Below are positions 1 to 11,200 of a stretch of 64,000 bases of DNA, in pieces (position 1 is the stretch's first letter; each line of letters opens with the position of its first letter). Where the stretch lies: positions 1 through 64,000 of IMG/VR virus record IMGVR_UViG_3300031992_000022. One strand, given 5' to 3'. This stretch comes from a virus (taxonomy: Duplodnaviria; Caudoviricetes). The position numbers and the translations under genes are program-made. The notes beneath the pieces were generated by a model. That model did no database searches. It worked only from the letters and a program-made list of their open reading frames with translations, and was not told the origin of the DNA.

Positions 1-1
1 G

Positions 2-349
2 AAAAATGAAAAGTTAAGATATGTATTAAGAACGATAGACGATAAAGTAGAATTAAGAAAGAAGCACTTTACAGGTAAGAGAATAAAGAGAGGACTTTAT
101 AAGTCCAAGAATGGTATATTAATAAATTCAGATATGAATGGTGCTTTAAATATATTGAAGAAATATTTATTAAATGAAAAATATAAGCAGTTAAATAAAA
201 ATAAATGTAAGGTTGTAAGTAGAAAGATATCTTATGAAGACTTAATAAATAGTCGAGATATATATAATTTATATGAAGATATATCTACTTTATACTGTAG
301 AGGTGCGTTGGTAGCGCCGATACGAATTAGAGTTCGAGAATCAATATGA
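2..349 (+). CDS. tnpB: TnpB (IS200/IS605-family RNA-guided nuclease), C-terminal part; 5' end outside window
   Basis: Frame is open from base 2: ...HFTGKRIKRGLYKSKNGILINSDMNGALNILKK...RGALVAPIRI. This matches the TnpB C-terminal GKRIKRGLF...INADxNGAxNI (RuvC-III) signature. Confidence 0.85.
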   Translation, partial: KNEKLRYVLRTIDDKVELRKKHFTGKRIKRGLYKSKNGILINSDMNGALNILKKYLLNEKYKQLNKNKCKVVSRKISYEDLINSRDIYNLYEDISTLYCRGALVAPIRIRVRESI

Positions 350-487
350 AATTGATTATGATATATATAAAGGATAAGTATATATTGAATTGATTTTAGA
401 ATATACTGTGAAGTGTAGATTGATTTGATTATATATTAGTACATATATAATAACAAGAGAGCTTAATTGGTATAGATTTTTAAGATA

Positions 488-3004
488 TTGAGATATTTTA
501 AAAAATATCAGAATTCCGATGTGTCAGATACTAATCCGAATAGAGATTTTGGAAGATGGAAAAGTAATATTAAACGAGCAATTGAAAGAATAAAAGAAGC
601 TAAAGAAAAAGAAAAAAACGGTGGCGGTACTTTTGGAGCTATCGGTAATGTTATGGAAAAATTTAGTAACGGTTTTGGTGACATTTTTGGATTAGAAAAT
701 GATGAAGATGAAAAAGTACCAATACAAAATATAGATTATTCATATGCAGGTATTACTGATGAAGTTATACGCGATGTATTAGATAAAAATAATGACAATG
801 TTATTCAAATAGATGAATATAAAATTAAAATTAAAGTTTCTAATATTCATGATAATAAATATGGGTCTTTATATTCTATTGCTCGATATTGTTATGGTAG
901 TCCATATAAATGGCACATTATTGCAGAATTAAATAACATCTATGAACCGACTGAGATTAAAGAAGATCAGTGGTTAGAAATATATTCTAATGAGCCAATA
1001 TCAGATTTTATTGTTAATAGTTCTAGTATAGATAATTTAGAATTACAAGAATTAAAATATCTTAGAAAATTAAAATTACAAAATTTATATAAAATTAATG
1101 ATAACGAAATTACAGTTTGTAATCGTCCATTTATTAAAGGAGAATTTATTTCTTATCCTAAATCATTACGTAGTATCCAAAAGAAAATTAATTTTAGTAA
1201 AAAATATAAAACTACATTACCACGAAAAAAGAAATTTTTTATACCAAAAAATAAAATAAATAATAATAAATTTAATTTAGCGCAAAAGATTATTCACAGT
1301 AATGAAATAAATCTTGATAATATAATTAAAACTGCCGCTTATATTAACAATGGCTATTTGTTATCAGATTATAAAGAAGAATATGATGATAATACTAATA
1401 CATGGAAAATAACATTGACTATTCCGCAAATTACCGATGAAGATATACAAGATGATTATTTATTATCAGATTATCAATCTGATAATTTATATAATGTAAT
1501 ATTAACTATTAATGAAGATGAAGAAATTTCAGTAATTAATGATGATCAATACTTATTGTCTCAATATGAAGAACATAAAATGAACAATGGAGATACAGAA
1601 GTTATTCTTACTATTTTAGATAAAGAAAAGTCGAAAGATATACAAGAAAGAACTACTACTGTTGATATTACGCCAGTTCCTATTCATTATGCTAATGATG
1701 TAGATCATTCAATTGAAGACCAAGAACAAGATCCTCAAGATAAACGGCATCCAAAACATGGTATTTCTATTACTAATAAACGTGTAAAAAAGCAAGAACT
1801 GCCTAAAAATATTCCACATAGGCCACCGCGAGATAAAAGTGATGATACTAGTACTGATACTGGTACACCACAACATGATATCCCTCCTGTACCGCAACCG
1901 GAACAAGAAGGACAAGTTACAGATAATCTTGGACCAGATAATGATTATTATCGTAATACCGAACGCGCAGCAAAGGAAAAAGCTAGCCATGCTAAGGCTG
2001 TAGCTCAACGTATTAATGAACTAGGTCAAAGTACAATTATACCACAAGCAGAAGATATTACTGAAAGTGATTTAGAGCAAAAAACTTATGATAAAGCTAC
2101 ATTTAGATCACAACGTACAGATTTAGATATACCAGTAATACCTAATGAATATGTAATTTCATTTACTTTAACTGATTCAGATCAAGAAGTATATAATTAT
2201 ATTGAAGTAGGCGGATCGCAAGCATTTGCAATTCAGCAAGGTGCTGCTGGTAGTTTACCTAGTATTTGGAGAAATATTCCAGATTTTGAACATATATTTC
2301 AATTTGGATTACGTCCGCATCCAGTATTACAATGCTCCCCCTTAGTTCAAGATGCAAACGAAGCAGTATATTTAGGTGCGCTATTATTATATAAATCGCA
2401 ATTAAATAGATATAGTGGAGTATTAACATGTATAGAAGATTCAGCAATAAAAGTTGGCAATCCTATACGAATGTATTTATATGATGAACATCCATATCCG
2501 CTAGCTAGACGATTTGGATCTAATGGATCTTTAACAGAAGAACAATTAAGAAATACACCACCATATTTTGATGAAAAGTATTATAAAGAACAAGCTGTAT
2601 TTTATGTAGAAAGTATATCACGTAATATAGACATACAAAATGTATCTACTATGACTTTACAATTAAAAAATGGTAGAGTTATGGGAATGACTAATCCTGC
2701 AGATATTTTATCAATATTTTTTGATAGATATTATGAGAGTTATCAATCGCGTAATTATTATGTCAATCGCGGAAATAATACCGCAACAGTAGCTTTACAT
2801 AGTACAGATTTATCAGGAGAAATACAAGCGCATTTAGCTGCTAAAAAGGAATCTAATACTAAATGGTGGATTAATAAGAAAAAATATGATGAAGAAGTTG
2901 CAAAAGCTAAAGAAAGAAATAAAGCATTAGAAGAACAAGGCATTAATATTCCAACAGAATCGGGAGTACCGTCTCAGACTGATGATACTGAAAAAACGTT
3001 ATAA
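488..3004 (+). CDS. Baseplate hub / tail protein with LysM-like domain (possibly the 3' part of a longer gene)
   Basis: LysM-like GSLYSIARYCYGSPYKWHIIAELNNI; C-terminal hub-like FGLR...IKVGNPIR...FYVESISRNI...TMTLQL. It lies upstream of spike/wedge/J genes. The TTG start has no SD. Confidence 0.6.
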   Translation: MRYFKKYQNSDVSDTNPNRDFGRWKSNIKRAIERIKEAKEKEKNGGGTFGAIGNVMEKFSNGFGDIFGLENDEDEKVPIQNIDYSYAGITDEVIRDVLDKNNDNVIQIDEYKIKIKVSNIHDNKYGSLYSIARYCYGSPYKWHIIAELNNIYEPTEIKEDQWLEIYSNEPISDFIVNSSSIDNLELQELKYLRKLKLQNLYKINDNEITVCNRPFIKGEFISYPKSLRSIQKKINFSKKYKTTLPRKKKFFIPKNKINNNKFNLAQKIIHSNEINLDNIIKTAAYINNGYLLSDYKEEYDDNTNTWKITLTIPQITDEDIQDDYLLSDYQSDNLYNVILTINEDEEISVINDDQYLLSQYEEHKMNNGDTEVILTILDKEKSKDIQERTTTVDITPVPIHYANDVDHSIEDQEQDPQDKRHPKHGISITNKRVKKQELPKNIPHRPPRDKSDDTSTDTGTPQHDIPPVPQPEQEGQVTDNLGPDNDYYRNTERAAKEKASHAKAVAQRINELGQSTIIPQAEDITESDLEQKTYDKATFRSQRTDLDIPVIPNEYVISFTLTDSDQEVYNYIEVGGSQAFAIQQGAAGSLPSIWRNIPDFEHIFQFGLRPHPVLQCSPLVQDANEAVYLGALLLYKSQLNRYSGVLTCIEDSAIKVGNPIRMYLYDEHPYPLARRFGSNGSLTEEQLRNTPPYFDEKYYKEQAVFYVESISRNIDIQNVSTMTLQLKNGRVMGMTNPADILSIFFDRYYESYQSRNYYVNRGNNTATVALHSTDLSGEIQAHLAAKKESNTKWWINKKKYDEEVAKAKERNKALEEQGINIPTESGVPSQTDDTEKTL

Positions 3005-3028
3005 AAATTTTATATAAATAAAGGAGGT

Positions 3029-3184
3029 TAATCTTTAGCCTCGATATTATTAATTTCTAAAAAGTGATAATTAGAATATAAAATTATATATAATATAATT
3101 TTATATCAACGTATAATAACATAATATATTCTTATAAAGATATATACTAAACTATTTTGTTGAAAAATAGATAATAAATAATTG
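3029..3184 (+). ncRNA. Miniature group I intron (156 nt) between the RBS and start codon of the downstream gene
   Basis: P1 GAGGU|UAAUCUUUA-GCCUC with U.G; P4 UUCUAA/UUAGAA; P6 hairpin; P7 ACGUAUA / AAAGAUAUAUACU; P9 CUAUUUU/AAAAUAG; ends AAUUG. The core motifs are identical to those of intron 35877-36342. Confidence 0.8.
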
Positions 3185-3190
3185 TAAAAG

Positions 3191-5665
3191 TTGTCAGCAA
3201 AAGATCATATTAATTATATTCAACAGCAAAAATTATTAATGCTTCAACAACAGCATAAAGAATTTGATCAACATTTTAATATGTATAGATTGCAAGATGG
3301 ATATATTAAAGGTCAAGGCAATAAAAAATGTAATATTGGTAGATTAGATGTAGGAGTAAACCCACCTGATCCATTATATTTTGATAATGGTATTAATCCT
3401 AATTCAGGTATGGTAACAGCTTTACCTCAAAATGAAGCAGGATTTATTGGCGGTGCTCCTGGATATAGCACGCCACCATTACCTGTACCAAGAACATCAA
3501 ATGCTGGAGCAAATTCTTATGACGTATCTGCAAATGGTACTGAAGCTGATATTTTTTCATGTTCTAATGCCGGTGTTGATTATACTGATAATCGTGATTG
3601 TAAAGCAACTATAGCTCGCCATGGTTTAGGATGTTTTCGTACATCTAGTGGACAATTAAAATGGTTTGGTAATTGGACAGAACCTGTAGCAGGACAAGAA
3701 TTTAATACAGATATGATTAATGGTAAAACGAGATTAACTGAAGCTATTACTAGTGATTTTGATAAATTATCATTACATTTACGTCCTGGTATGCATGCAA
3801 CCGGAGGTATAGGTAATAGCACTGTTGTTCAAGGACAAGGAGGAACATGGGAAGCTCGGGTCGGAGCTAATGAAAAGGAAGTAGATCCTGAAGTTGACTA
3901 TATATCTGCTGGTGTAGCAAGTGGATCAGAAGAAAATGAAATAGAATTAAAGCAGAATGAATATAATGAATTTTGTTCTATAAAAATGGATGCTAATAAC
4001 GGTAAAATTACCTTAAATGTTACTGGTGGAGAAAATCAATATAGTTCAACAATAATTATGACAGGCGATGATATTACTTGTATTACTCATGTATTTAATG
4101 TTTTAGCAGAAGATGAAATTAATATGCTAGCTGGGCAGCAAAAATCATCTATTATTATGGATAAAGATCAAATAGCAATTACAAATAATGAAAAATCATC
4201 TATTGTATTAACAAAGCCATCTATTGATATACAATCATTAATGATCTTAGAAAATGCTAAAACATTATTAAAAATGGACGCAGCAATGATTATGGAAAAT
4301 TGTAAGTCAAAAAGTGGTGCAGGTGGAGCAGCAGGAATTGCAGGAAAACTAGCATCAGTAGGAGCTAAATTAACAGCTCTAGCTTCAAATATAACTTCTG
4401 CTATTGGCGGAGCTTTAGCTAGTTCCGGATTAGGTGGTGCTTTAGGCGGAGCATTAGGAAATATGAGTGGAGCGCTAAGTGGAGCATTAGGAAATATGAG
4501 TGGAGCGCTAGGTGGTGCTTTGAGTGGTATTACTAGTCAGCTTGGAGCAGCTACAGGTATGCTAGGTAATATACAAAATATGGCAGGGAATTTAGCAGGT
4601 AATTTAGGCGGATTATCTAGTTTAAGTAATTTGGGCGGACTAGGTAATATTACACAAGGATTAAGTGGAGCAGCTAATATATTAGGTAATTCTAATTTAG
4701 GCGGTATAGGCAACGCATTACAATCAGGATTAGGTAATATATCTGGTATGGCACAACAAATACAAAGCGGAATTGGACAACAAATTGGTAATATTACAGG
4801 ATCAATACAATCAAATATACAGCAAGGAATGCAAACAATTAGTAATGCTACGCAAATGGTAAATGGAGCAATTAATCAAGGTACGCAAGCATTAGGTTCT
4901 GTGATTAATGGAGCTACTACAGCAATATCTGGTGCTGTGCAAACAATACAAACTCAGGCAGGAAGTATCGTATCAGGTACAATGGGAAAAATACAATCAA
5001 CTGTAGGACAAGCATTAGGTGGAGCTCAACTTCCATCTATAAATGATATTCCTGTTCCAATTATGCATCTGAATTCAATTGTAAATGATAGTAATTCAAT
5101 AATTCATACAAATGATACAGCTGATGAAAATAATTATGAACAATATATTAAGCAGCAACAACAAATTATATATAATACAATATATAATATGGATATTAAT
5201 GAAGAAGAAAAACAAAATTTATACTTGTATTATATAACATTATATAATTATATAATATCTATAGAACAAATTTGTAATATTATATTAATAGATTTTTCAA
5301 TAAATTTATTTACTATCAATTTATTAAATATTTATATGATTGATGTACAAGATTATACTAATAATATTAATTTAATAGTACAGGATTATATAAATAATAG
5401 TAAACAAGTTACAATAAATCAAATCATACATGATCAAAATGATAAAAAAATACAATGTTTACAAATGAAAAAATTTTTCAATACTAATTTAAAAAATGAT
5501 ATTATAAAGCAAAAAATTATAAAATTACTTGATGAATATATTAATAATTATATAAATTTAACTAATAATTTGATTATATTAATTAATAAATTATCTAATA
5601 TAAAAATTGATTTAGGCGAAATAGAAACTATTAATGAAGATAATGAATTATATAATCTATTGTAA
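3191..5665 (+). CDS. Baseplate spike (gp5/gpV/VgrG-like) with Gly/Ala/Ser-rich low-complexity region
   Basis: Beta-helix-like repeats (SSTIIMTGDDIT, SSIIMDKDQIAIT, SSIVLTKPSIDI); position between the hub and gp25-like wedge genes. Confidence 0.6.
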   Translation: MSAKDHINYIQQQKLLMLQQQHKEFDQHFNMYRLQDGYIKGQGNKKCNIGRLDVGVNPPDPLYFDNGINPNSGMVTALPQNEAGFIGGAPGYSTPPLPVPRTSNAGANSYDVSANGTEADIFSCSNAGVDYTDNRDCKATIARHGLGCFRTSSGQLKWFGNWTEPVAGQEFNTDMINGKTRLTEAITSDFDKLSLHLRPGMHATGGIGNSTVVQGQGGTWEARVGANEKEVDPEVDYISAGVASGSEENEIELKQNEYNEFCSIKMDANNGKITLNVTGGENQYSSTIIMTGDDITCITHVFNVLAEDEINMLAGQQKSSIIMDKDQIAITNNEKSSIVLTKPSIDIQSLMILENAKTLLKMDAAMIMENCKSKSGAGGAAGIAGKLASVGAKLTALASNITSAIGGALASSGLGGALGGALGNMSGALSGALGNMSGALGGALSGITSQLGAATGMLGNIQNMAGNLAGNLGGLSSLSNLGGLGNITQGLSGAANILGNSNLGGIGNALQSGLGNISGMAQQIQSGIGQQIGNITGSIQSNIQQGMQTISNATQMVNGAINQGTQALGSVINGATTAISGAVQTIQTQAGSIVSGTMGKIQSTVGQALGGAQLPSINDIPVPIMHLNSIVNDSNSIIHTNDTADENNYEQYIKQQQQIIYNTIYNMDINEEEKQNLYLYYITLYNYIISIEQICNIILIDFSINLFTINLLNIYMIDVQDYTNNINLIVQDYINNSKQVTINQIIHDQNDKKIQCLQMKKFFNTNLKNDIIKQKIIKLLDEYINNYINLTNNLIILINKLSNIKIDLGEIETINEDNELYNLL

Positions 5666-5693
5666 TTCTCTTAATTTCTTAAGAGAATTTTTT
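5664..5693 (+). terminator. Rho-independent terminator
   Basis: AATTCTCTTAA-tttc-TTAAGAGAATT followed by a T-run. Confidence 0.7.
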
Positions 5694-5776
5694 ATTTTTT
5701 TTATAAATATTAATAAAAAATAATCTTATATATTCAAATTTAAAAAAATATTAACATAAGAGGTGATAAAAAATTA

Positions 5777-6271
5777 ATGGCTTTAGACGTAAAATTTTGT
5801 ACATTATGTTCTCATTGGGTTAATAATATACAATATTCAGTAGCTACTTGTCCTAGATGTAATGGCAGAGGCTGGTATATGGATATTATGTTTGATTCTG
5901 CTGGCGATGCAATAGTTACAGGTGGAGCTATAAAAATGCAACAGGAATGTATTAAAGTATTATTTGATCAAAAACGTAGTGATTTATTTTATCCTGATTG
6001 GGGTAGTGAGATTCATGATTTTATAGGTAAAAAAAATACTACAGCTATTAGATCCCGATTAGAGATGTGTATTCGTAGAGCAATTGAAAGATTAAAAGCT
6101 ATCCAAGAACACGAAGCTTTAACTAATGCAAGTGTTACTGATAGCGAAATTATTAAAGATATTGAATATATATATCTCGAACCAGTATCAGTAACAGATT
6201 GGCATTGTAAAATTGCTATTAGTAATAAAGTAGACGAAACTTTCGAATTTGCAGTAGATTTAACAATATAA
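5777..6271 (+). CDS. Baseplate wedge protein (gp25/GPW-like) with N-terminal CxxC motifs
   Basis: FYPDWGSEIHDFIGK motif typical of gp25-like proteins; directly upstream of baseplate J; SD GAGGTG. Confidence 0.7.
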   Translation: MALDVKFCTLCSHWVNNIQYSVATCPRCNGRGWYMDIMFDSAGDAIVTGGAIKMQQECIKVLFDQKRSDLFYPDWGSEIHDFIGKKNTTAIRSRLEMCIRRAIERLKAIQEHEALTNASVTDSEIIKDIEYIYLEPVSVTDWHCKIAISNKVDETFEFAVDLTI

Positions 6272-6288
6272 TGAGGTGATAAATATAT

Positions 6289-8202
6289 TTGGCATACTCA
6301 TATTATTATAAATCACTAGCTGAAGTTAGACAAAATTTAATTAATAGTATACACGAAACAATTCCAGAAGCTGATTTATCTGAAGGTAAATTTTTAGCTA
6401 ATGTTTTTGTTAATCCTGTTGCTGATGAATTTTCTGCTTTATATGGCGATATGCAATTATTAAAGCAATCTCAATCTATTCTTTTTGCTACTGATGAAGA
6501 TTTAGATATTCTTGCCGCTAATTATTTTGTATATCGTAAACAAGCTACCAAAGCGATTGGTAAAGTACGCTTTTATATTATTAATAGTGGTACAGTTCAA
6601 ACTACAATTACCGAAAATGGTATTCCAGATGTAGTACATGTTCCAATCGGAACTACATTAAGTACTACTGCTACATATTTAAGCGCTTCTATTACTGTTG
6701 AAACGACAGAATTAATACATATTACTAAAGCTAGTATTATGAGCCTTCCAATTGATAATGAAACTGGCTATCGTTATTTAGAATGCTATGCTCAAGCTAC
6801 TGTTGGTGGAGAAGCCGGCAATATTGCAGCTGGTACACTTACGCAAATGTCTGGCAATGATATTCAAGGAATTGCATTTGCTACTAATCCATTTGCATTT
6901 AATGGCGGCATTGATAGAGAAAAAGATGATGCGTTAATGTTTCGCTGTCAATTAGCTGTTACTGGTAATAATATCGGTACTAAAGACGGATATTTAAAAT
7001 ATGTTTTAGATTATAATAATGTTGCAGCAGCAAAAGTGGTAGGCGCAGGCGACGAAATTATGTTTCGTGACGGAGGATATATTGATGTATATAATGAATA
7101 TCATTGGGGCTCTGGCGGCTGTGTAGATATATATGTTAAAGGATTAGAAGTAGCTGATTCAACTTATACTTTTACTACTAATGCTAATTATTTACAATCT
7201 TTTCCCAATATAGTTTTACCTAATCAACCAGTTAAAAACATTTTATCTATTACTTCTGCTGTATCAGGAGAAACATTTATTAATGCAGATGTCTATGATG
7301 TAGAATATTATTCATATACTAATGGTACAGATATTATATATGATACTATATATTGTATTGATATTCCTTGGGATTTTTCTTTAACTGATACTTTTCCCGA
7401 TGAGGAATATTATTCATTGCCTATTGGTTATACTTCTCAACAAATTGAAAGATTAAAATTAGCTGTAGATAATGAATTATTATCGGCAATACAATATATG
7501 ACGAATATGAGCTATACAATTGATTGGTCTCAAGCTTCTACTAGAACTACTGAAGAAGGCAATACGGCATTATTTGAAAAAATATATATTAATGATCAAG
7601 TATATAAATTGCGTGCCAGAAATGATTCAAATTTAGATAATAGAATTTTTGTAATGAAAAATAATAATATTTATGTACGAGCTTATGTAGAACCAGATTA
7701 TAAATTAATTAAAGATACTTCTAATTATGGCGGTAGTATGGTCGGAAAAGATGCAATTCAATGGTTAAATACACGTAAATTATTAACTAATGATGTATTA
7801 ACAATAATATATAATTATGATAGTTTAGTAAATACTATACAATCAAATATTGAAGAACAAAAATGCATGACTGCAGATGTTTTAATAAAGCAAGCAGTAG
7901 AAGTGCCGATTGAAATTAGTTTAGATATGTCTATATATAATACAACTTCAACTACAAATGTAAAAAATATTATATCTTCAGATATAAGTACATATGTTCA
8001 CGGTAAATTTATTTTAGGCGGGTCTTTCGATGCTAGTGATATTGTATCTATTGTAAAACAATGTGAATATGTAGATTCTGTTGATTTAAATTCAGTTAAA
8101 TTATCTAAAAAAGGTCATGCTCCGACAAATGAATTAACTATAGCCTCTAATGAATATTTTTTATTAAGTAATTTAATTTTAAATATTAGTGTAAATTCAT
8201 AA
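6289..8202 (+). CDS. Baseplate J-like protein
   Basis: ATDEDLDILAANYFVYRKQATKAIG, GGEAGNIAAGTLT, NPFAFNGGIDREKDDAL and GGCVDIYV are baseplate J hallmarks. Confidence 0.85.
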   Translation: MAYSYYYKSLAEVRQNLINSIHETIPEADLSEGKFLANVFVNPVADEFSALYGDMQLLKQSQSILFATDEDLDILAANYFVYRKQATKAIGKVRFYIINSGTVQTTITENGIPDVVHVPIGTTLSTTATYLSASITVETTELIHITKASIMSLPIDNETGYRYLECYAQATVGGEAGNIAAGTLTQMSGNDIQGIAFATNPFAFNGGIDREKDDALMFRCQLAVTGNNIGTKDGYLKYVLDYNNVAAAKVVGAGDEIMFRDGGYIDVYNEYHWGSGGCVDIYVKGLEVADSTYTFTTNANYLQSFPNIVLPNQPVKNILSITSAVSGETFINADVYDVEYYSYTNGTDIIYDTIYCIDIPWDFSLTDTFPDEEYYSLPIGYTSQQIERLKLAVDNELLSAIQYMTNMSYTIDWSQASTRTTEEGNTALFEKIYINDQVYKLRARNDSNLDNRIFVMKNNNIYVRAYVEPDYKLIKDTSNYGGSMVGKDAIQWLNTRKLLTNDVLTIIYNYDSLVNTIQSNIEEQKCMTADVLIKQAVEVPIEISLDMSIYNTTSTTNVKNIISSDISTYVHGKFILGGSFDASDIVSIVKQCEYVDSVDLNSVKLSKKGHAPTNELTIASNEYFLLSNLILNISVNS

Positions 8203-8223
8203 AAATGGAGGTGAATAAATACT

Positions 8224-11200
8224 GTGTATACAGGTATTCGCCTTTCTAATTTAGCTTTAGGCGAGCCATTATTAAATCAAAATTATGAATATAACGGTAA
8301 AACAGGTAAAGATGCTATTACAGAAAGATTACACGATCAATTTTTTAAAATCTATAATTTAGGTATTAAATATGTAATTGATACTATTATAATTCAAAAT
8401 AATAATTCTATTTTGTCTTTATATCCTGGTATAGGTGGCGATATATGGACATTAGACGAACGTTTACAATTATATCAGAAATATGCCGAACAATATAATA
8501 TTAGTATTGTAGTCGAAATTGATATATCTAATATAACTGCAAGTAATGTTAATCAATATTGCAATACTATATTATATGATATAATTCTACAATATTCCTG
8601 GGTAAGGTATTGGATTATTGGTGTACAACCAGATTCGATAATAAATAATCAATATAAATGTGCTCCTGAATTATATACTTATATTTTACAACAAATATAT
8701 CCTAAAATTAAAATGTTTAATAGTAATATTTTAATTGGAGGACCTAATATTCATCAATCAATTAAACAATATATTATAAATAAAACAGGTTGGTTAAGTA
8801 TTGCATGTGGTGATCTATATAACCAAGATTATACATATAACAATTTAGGCAAAAATGGTATATTAGACTATATTGATATATTTGCTATTTTAGGTAAACA
8901 AGATAGTCAATATTGTCCTTATAATGAATACGCGAATATTGTAGACAATATTCGCGAACTACTTTATTCTAAATTAAGCACAAATAATATTTTAATTTTT
9001 GCTACTAATCAAGGACATACTGTAGCTTTAAATGATATAGATATATATAATTCTATTATTAATTCAATTACTAATACCGATATTATAGAAAACATGAACA
9101 ATATGCAGCTTAATCAATATACTCAAAATTTATTTAATGCTGCAAAAACTACCGAATTAAATAGACAAGCATATAATGATATTAAAGAAATTTGTAATGC
9201 TCTTAGATCTGGAGTAATATCATTTAAACGTGAATTATTAGATTCTAATACTTCAAAATATGGTATATATACATCTCCATCTAGTGTTGCTATTGCAAAG
9301 TCTTCTACTTATCCATTTATTTTCGATATATTAAAAAATTATACTACTATAGTTCGTGATTCTAGTATATATGAATCTAATGATAATATAGAATCTATTA
9401 CATTACAACAAGAAACTGATAATATAATAAATCGTGCAACAATTATTTGGCCGGTTTCAGAACAACCTGTACATATTATATTACAAGCAACATCTAATAT
9501 AAGACAATATTATATCAATAATGTTACTAAAAAAAATGTTGATTATACATATACAACCGAATTAACTATTACATATGATCAATTATTAGTTGTATATGAA
9601 CAAGTCAATCAATTCGTATTTGATGAAGCTGATATTAAATTAAATATTTCACGTCGATTAAGATATCAGCGAGAAATCCATGATCAAATGATGAAAGAAT
9701 TACCGTCATCATATAATAGTGATACTACTGATACTAATATTTATCGTATTATGAGAGCATTTGCTACAGAATTAGCTGATGCATCTATGCGATTAACAAT
9801 GCTAAAAGAAGACATTTCATTAGATACAGCAAGAGAAGAAGCTTTATATCATAATTTTGGTTCATTAATACGCTTACAAAAACAATCTACTTGGTCATAT
9901 GAAAAATATCGCAAATTAATTAAAGGAATATTATCTTCACTATTTCGAGGACCTACAACTAATTCAGTTGCTACAGCATTACAATTATTTACTGAATTTA
10001 AAGTATCTATTAATGAATTATATAAAGAAAAAGCGCAAAAAAAATATGCAGATTTATTACGGCATTATAATCCAGATTTTACTTTTATTATCGAAGTTGA
10101 AAAACCATTAGATAATAGTACTTATACACAAAAAGAATTAATTGAAGATAATGCTTATATATTACAATTAACTAAACCTGCACATACTATCGGAATTATC
10201 ATTATTATATTAGTCGGTAGCGAAGATTGGTATACTTTTTATAAAGACAAATACAATACTGACTGGAATACTTCTGATGAAACAAAAATTCATGCCGATT
10301 TTAGTAAGAAAATTAACGAAAATACTTATGGATGGAAAGCAATAGATTATCCTGGTACATTTACAATTTCTCCAACAGATAATGGTATATATAAGAATTC
10401 GTTATTAAATGGCAGTGCTATAATAGGGCCACAATATACTTTATTAGATACATCGCATTTAAGTAATACAGCATCATTAACTGATTTATATAATAATACT
10501 AAAATAAAAGAACAATTAATATATTCTATTGGCTTAGACGCTATCGAAGAATATAATAATTATACAAGTCAATTATGTGCAATTAGTACTGAATTAAATG
10601 AACCACGATTTGGGTTCATTGATAATAAGTATATGCAATTATCTGGAGATAATATAACAGATAAAGTATTAAATAAATATTTAGCATTTGGTAATCAATC
10701 TAAATTAAAAGATGAACTATTAGTATATCAGCAACAATTTTTTAGCGATAAATTTTTATTCTCATCTACAACTAATGCAATTAAATTTACTACACCAGAT
10801 GGAATTAGTTCACAATTTGCAGCATTAAATAATATTATCACTGAATGGCAAAATTATTTAAAAGAACATTCATTTAAAGAAAAATTAATTAACGGTCAAA
10901 TTATTGAACGTATTAGTGATAATATTAATTTATATTTAGAAGGATATAAAGAAAAATTTAAAAATATATATGAACAGCATAAATTAGCTGTAAATTTACA
11001 AGATAATGTCGATGTTACAGATGATATTACATTACCTATTAAATTAAATGAGCAATATAGTAATCATAAGTTTTTAAAACGTAAACGTGAAAAATTATTA
11101 TATAATCCATCATATAATGATTTATATAATATACCAGATGAAATATATCCATATGAATTATATTGGGATCGTATGAATAGTGAATATTTTAATCCCGTGC

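Noticed and set aside
3185-3190. Alternative 3' splice site at G3190 for the leader intron
   Set aside because: It would leave no spacer between SD and TTG; G3184 matches the AATTG ends of sister introns. Not formally excluded.
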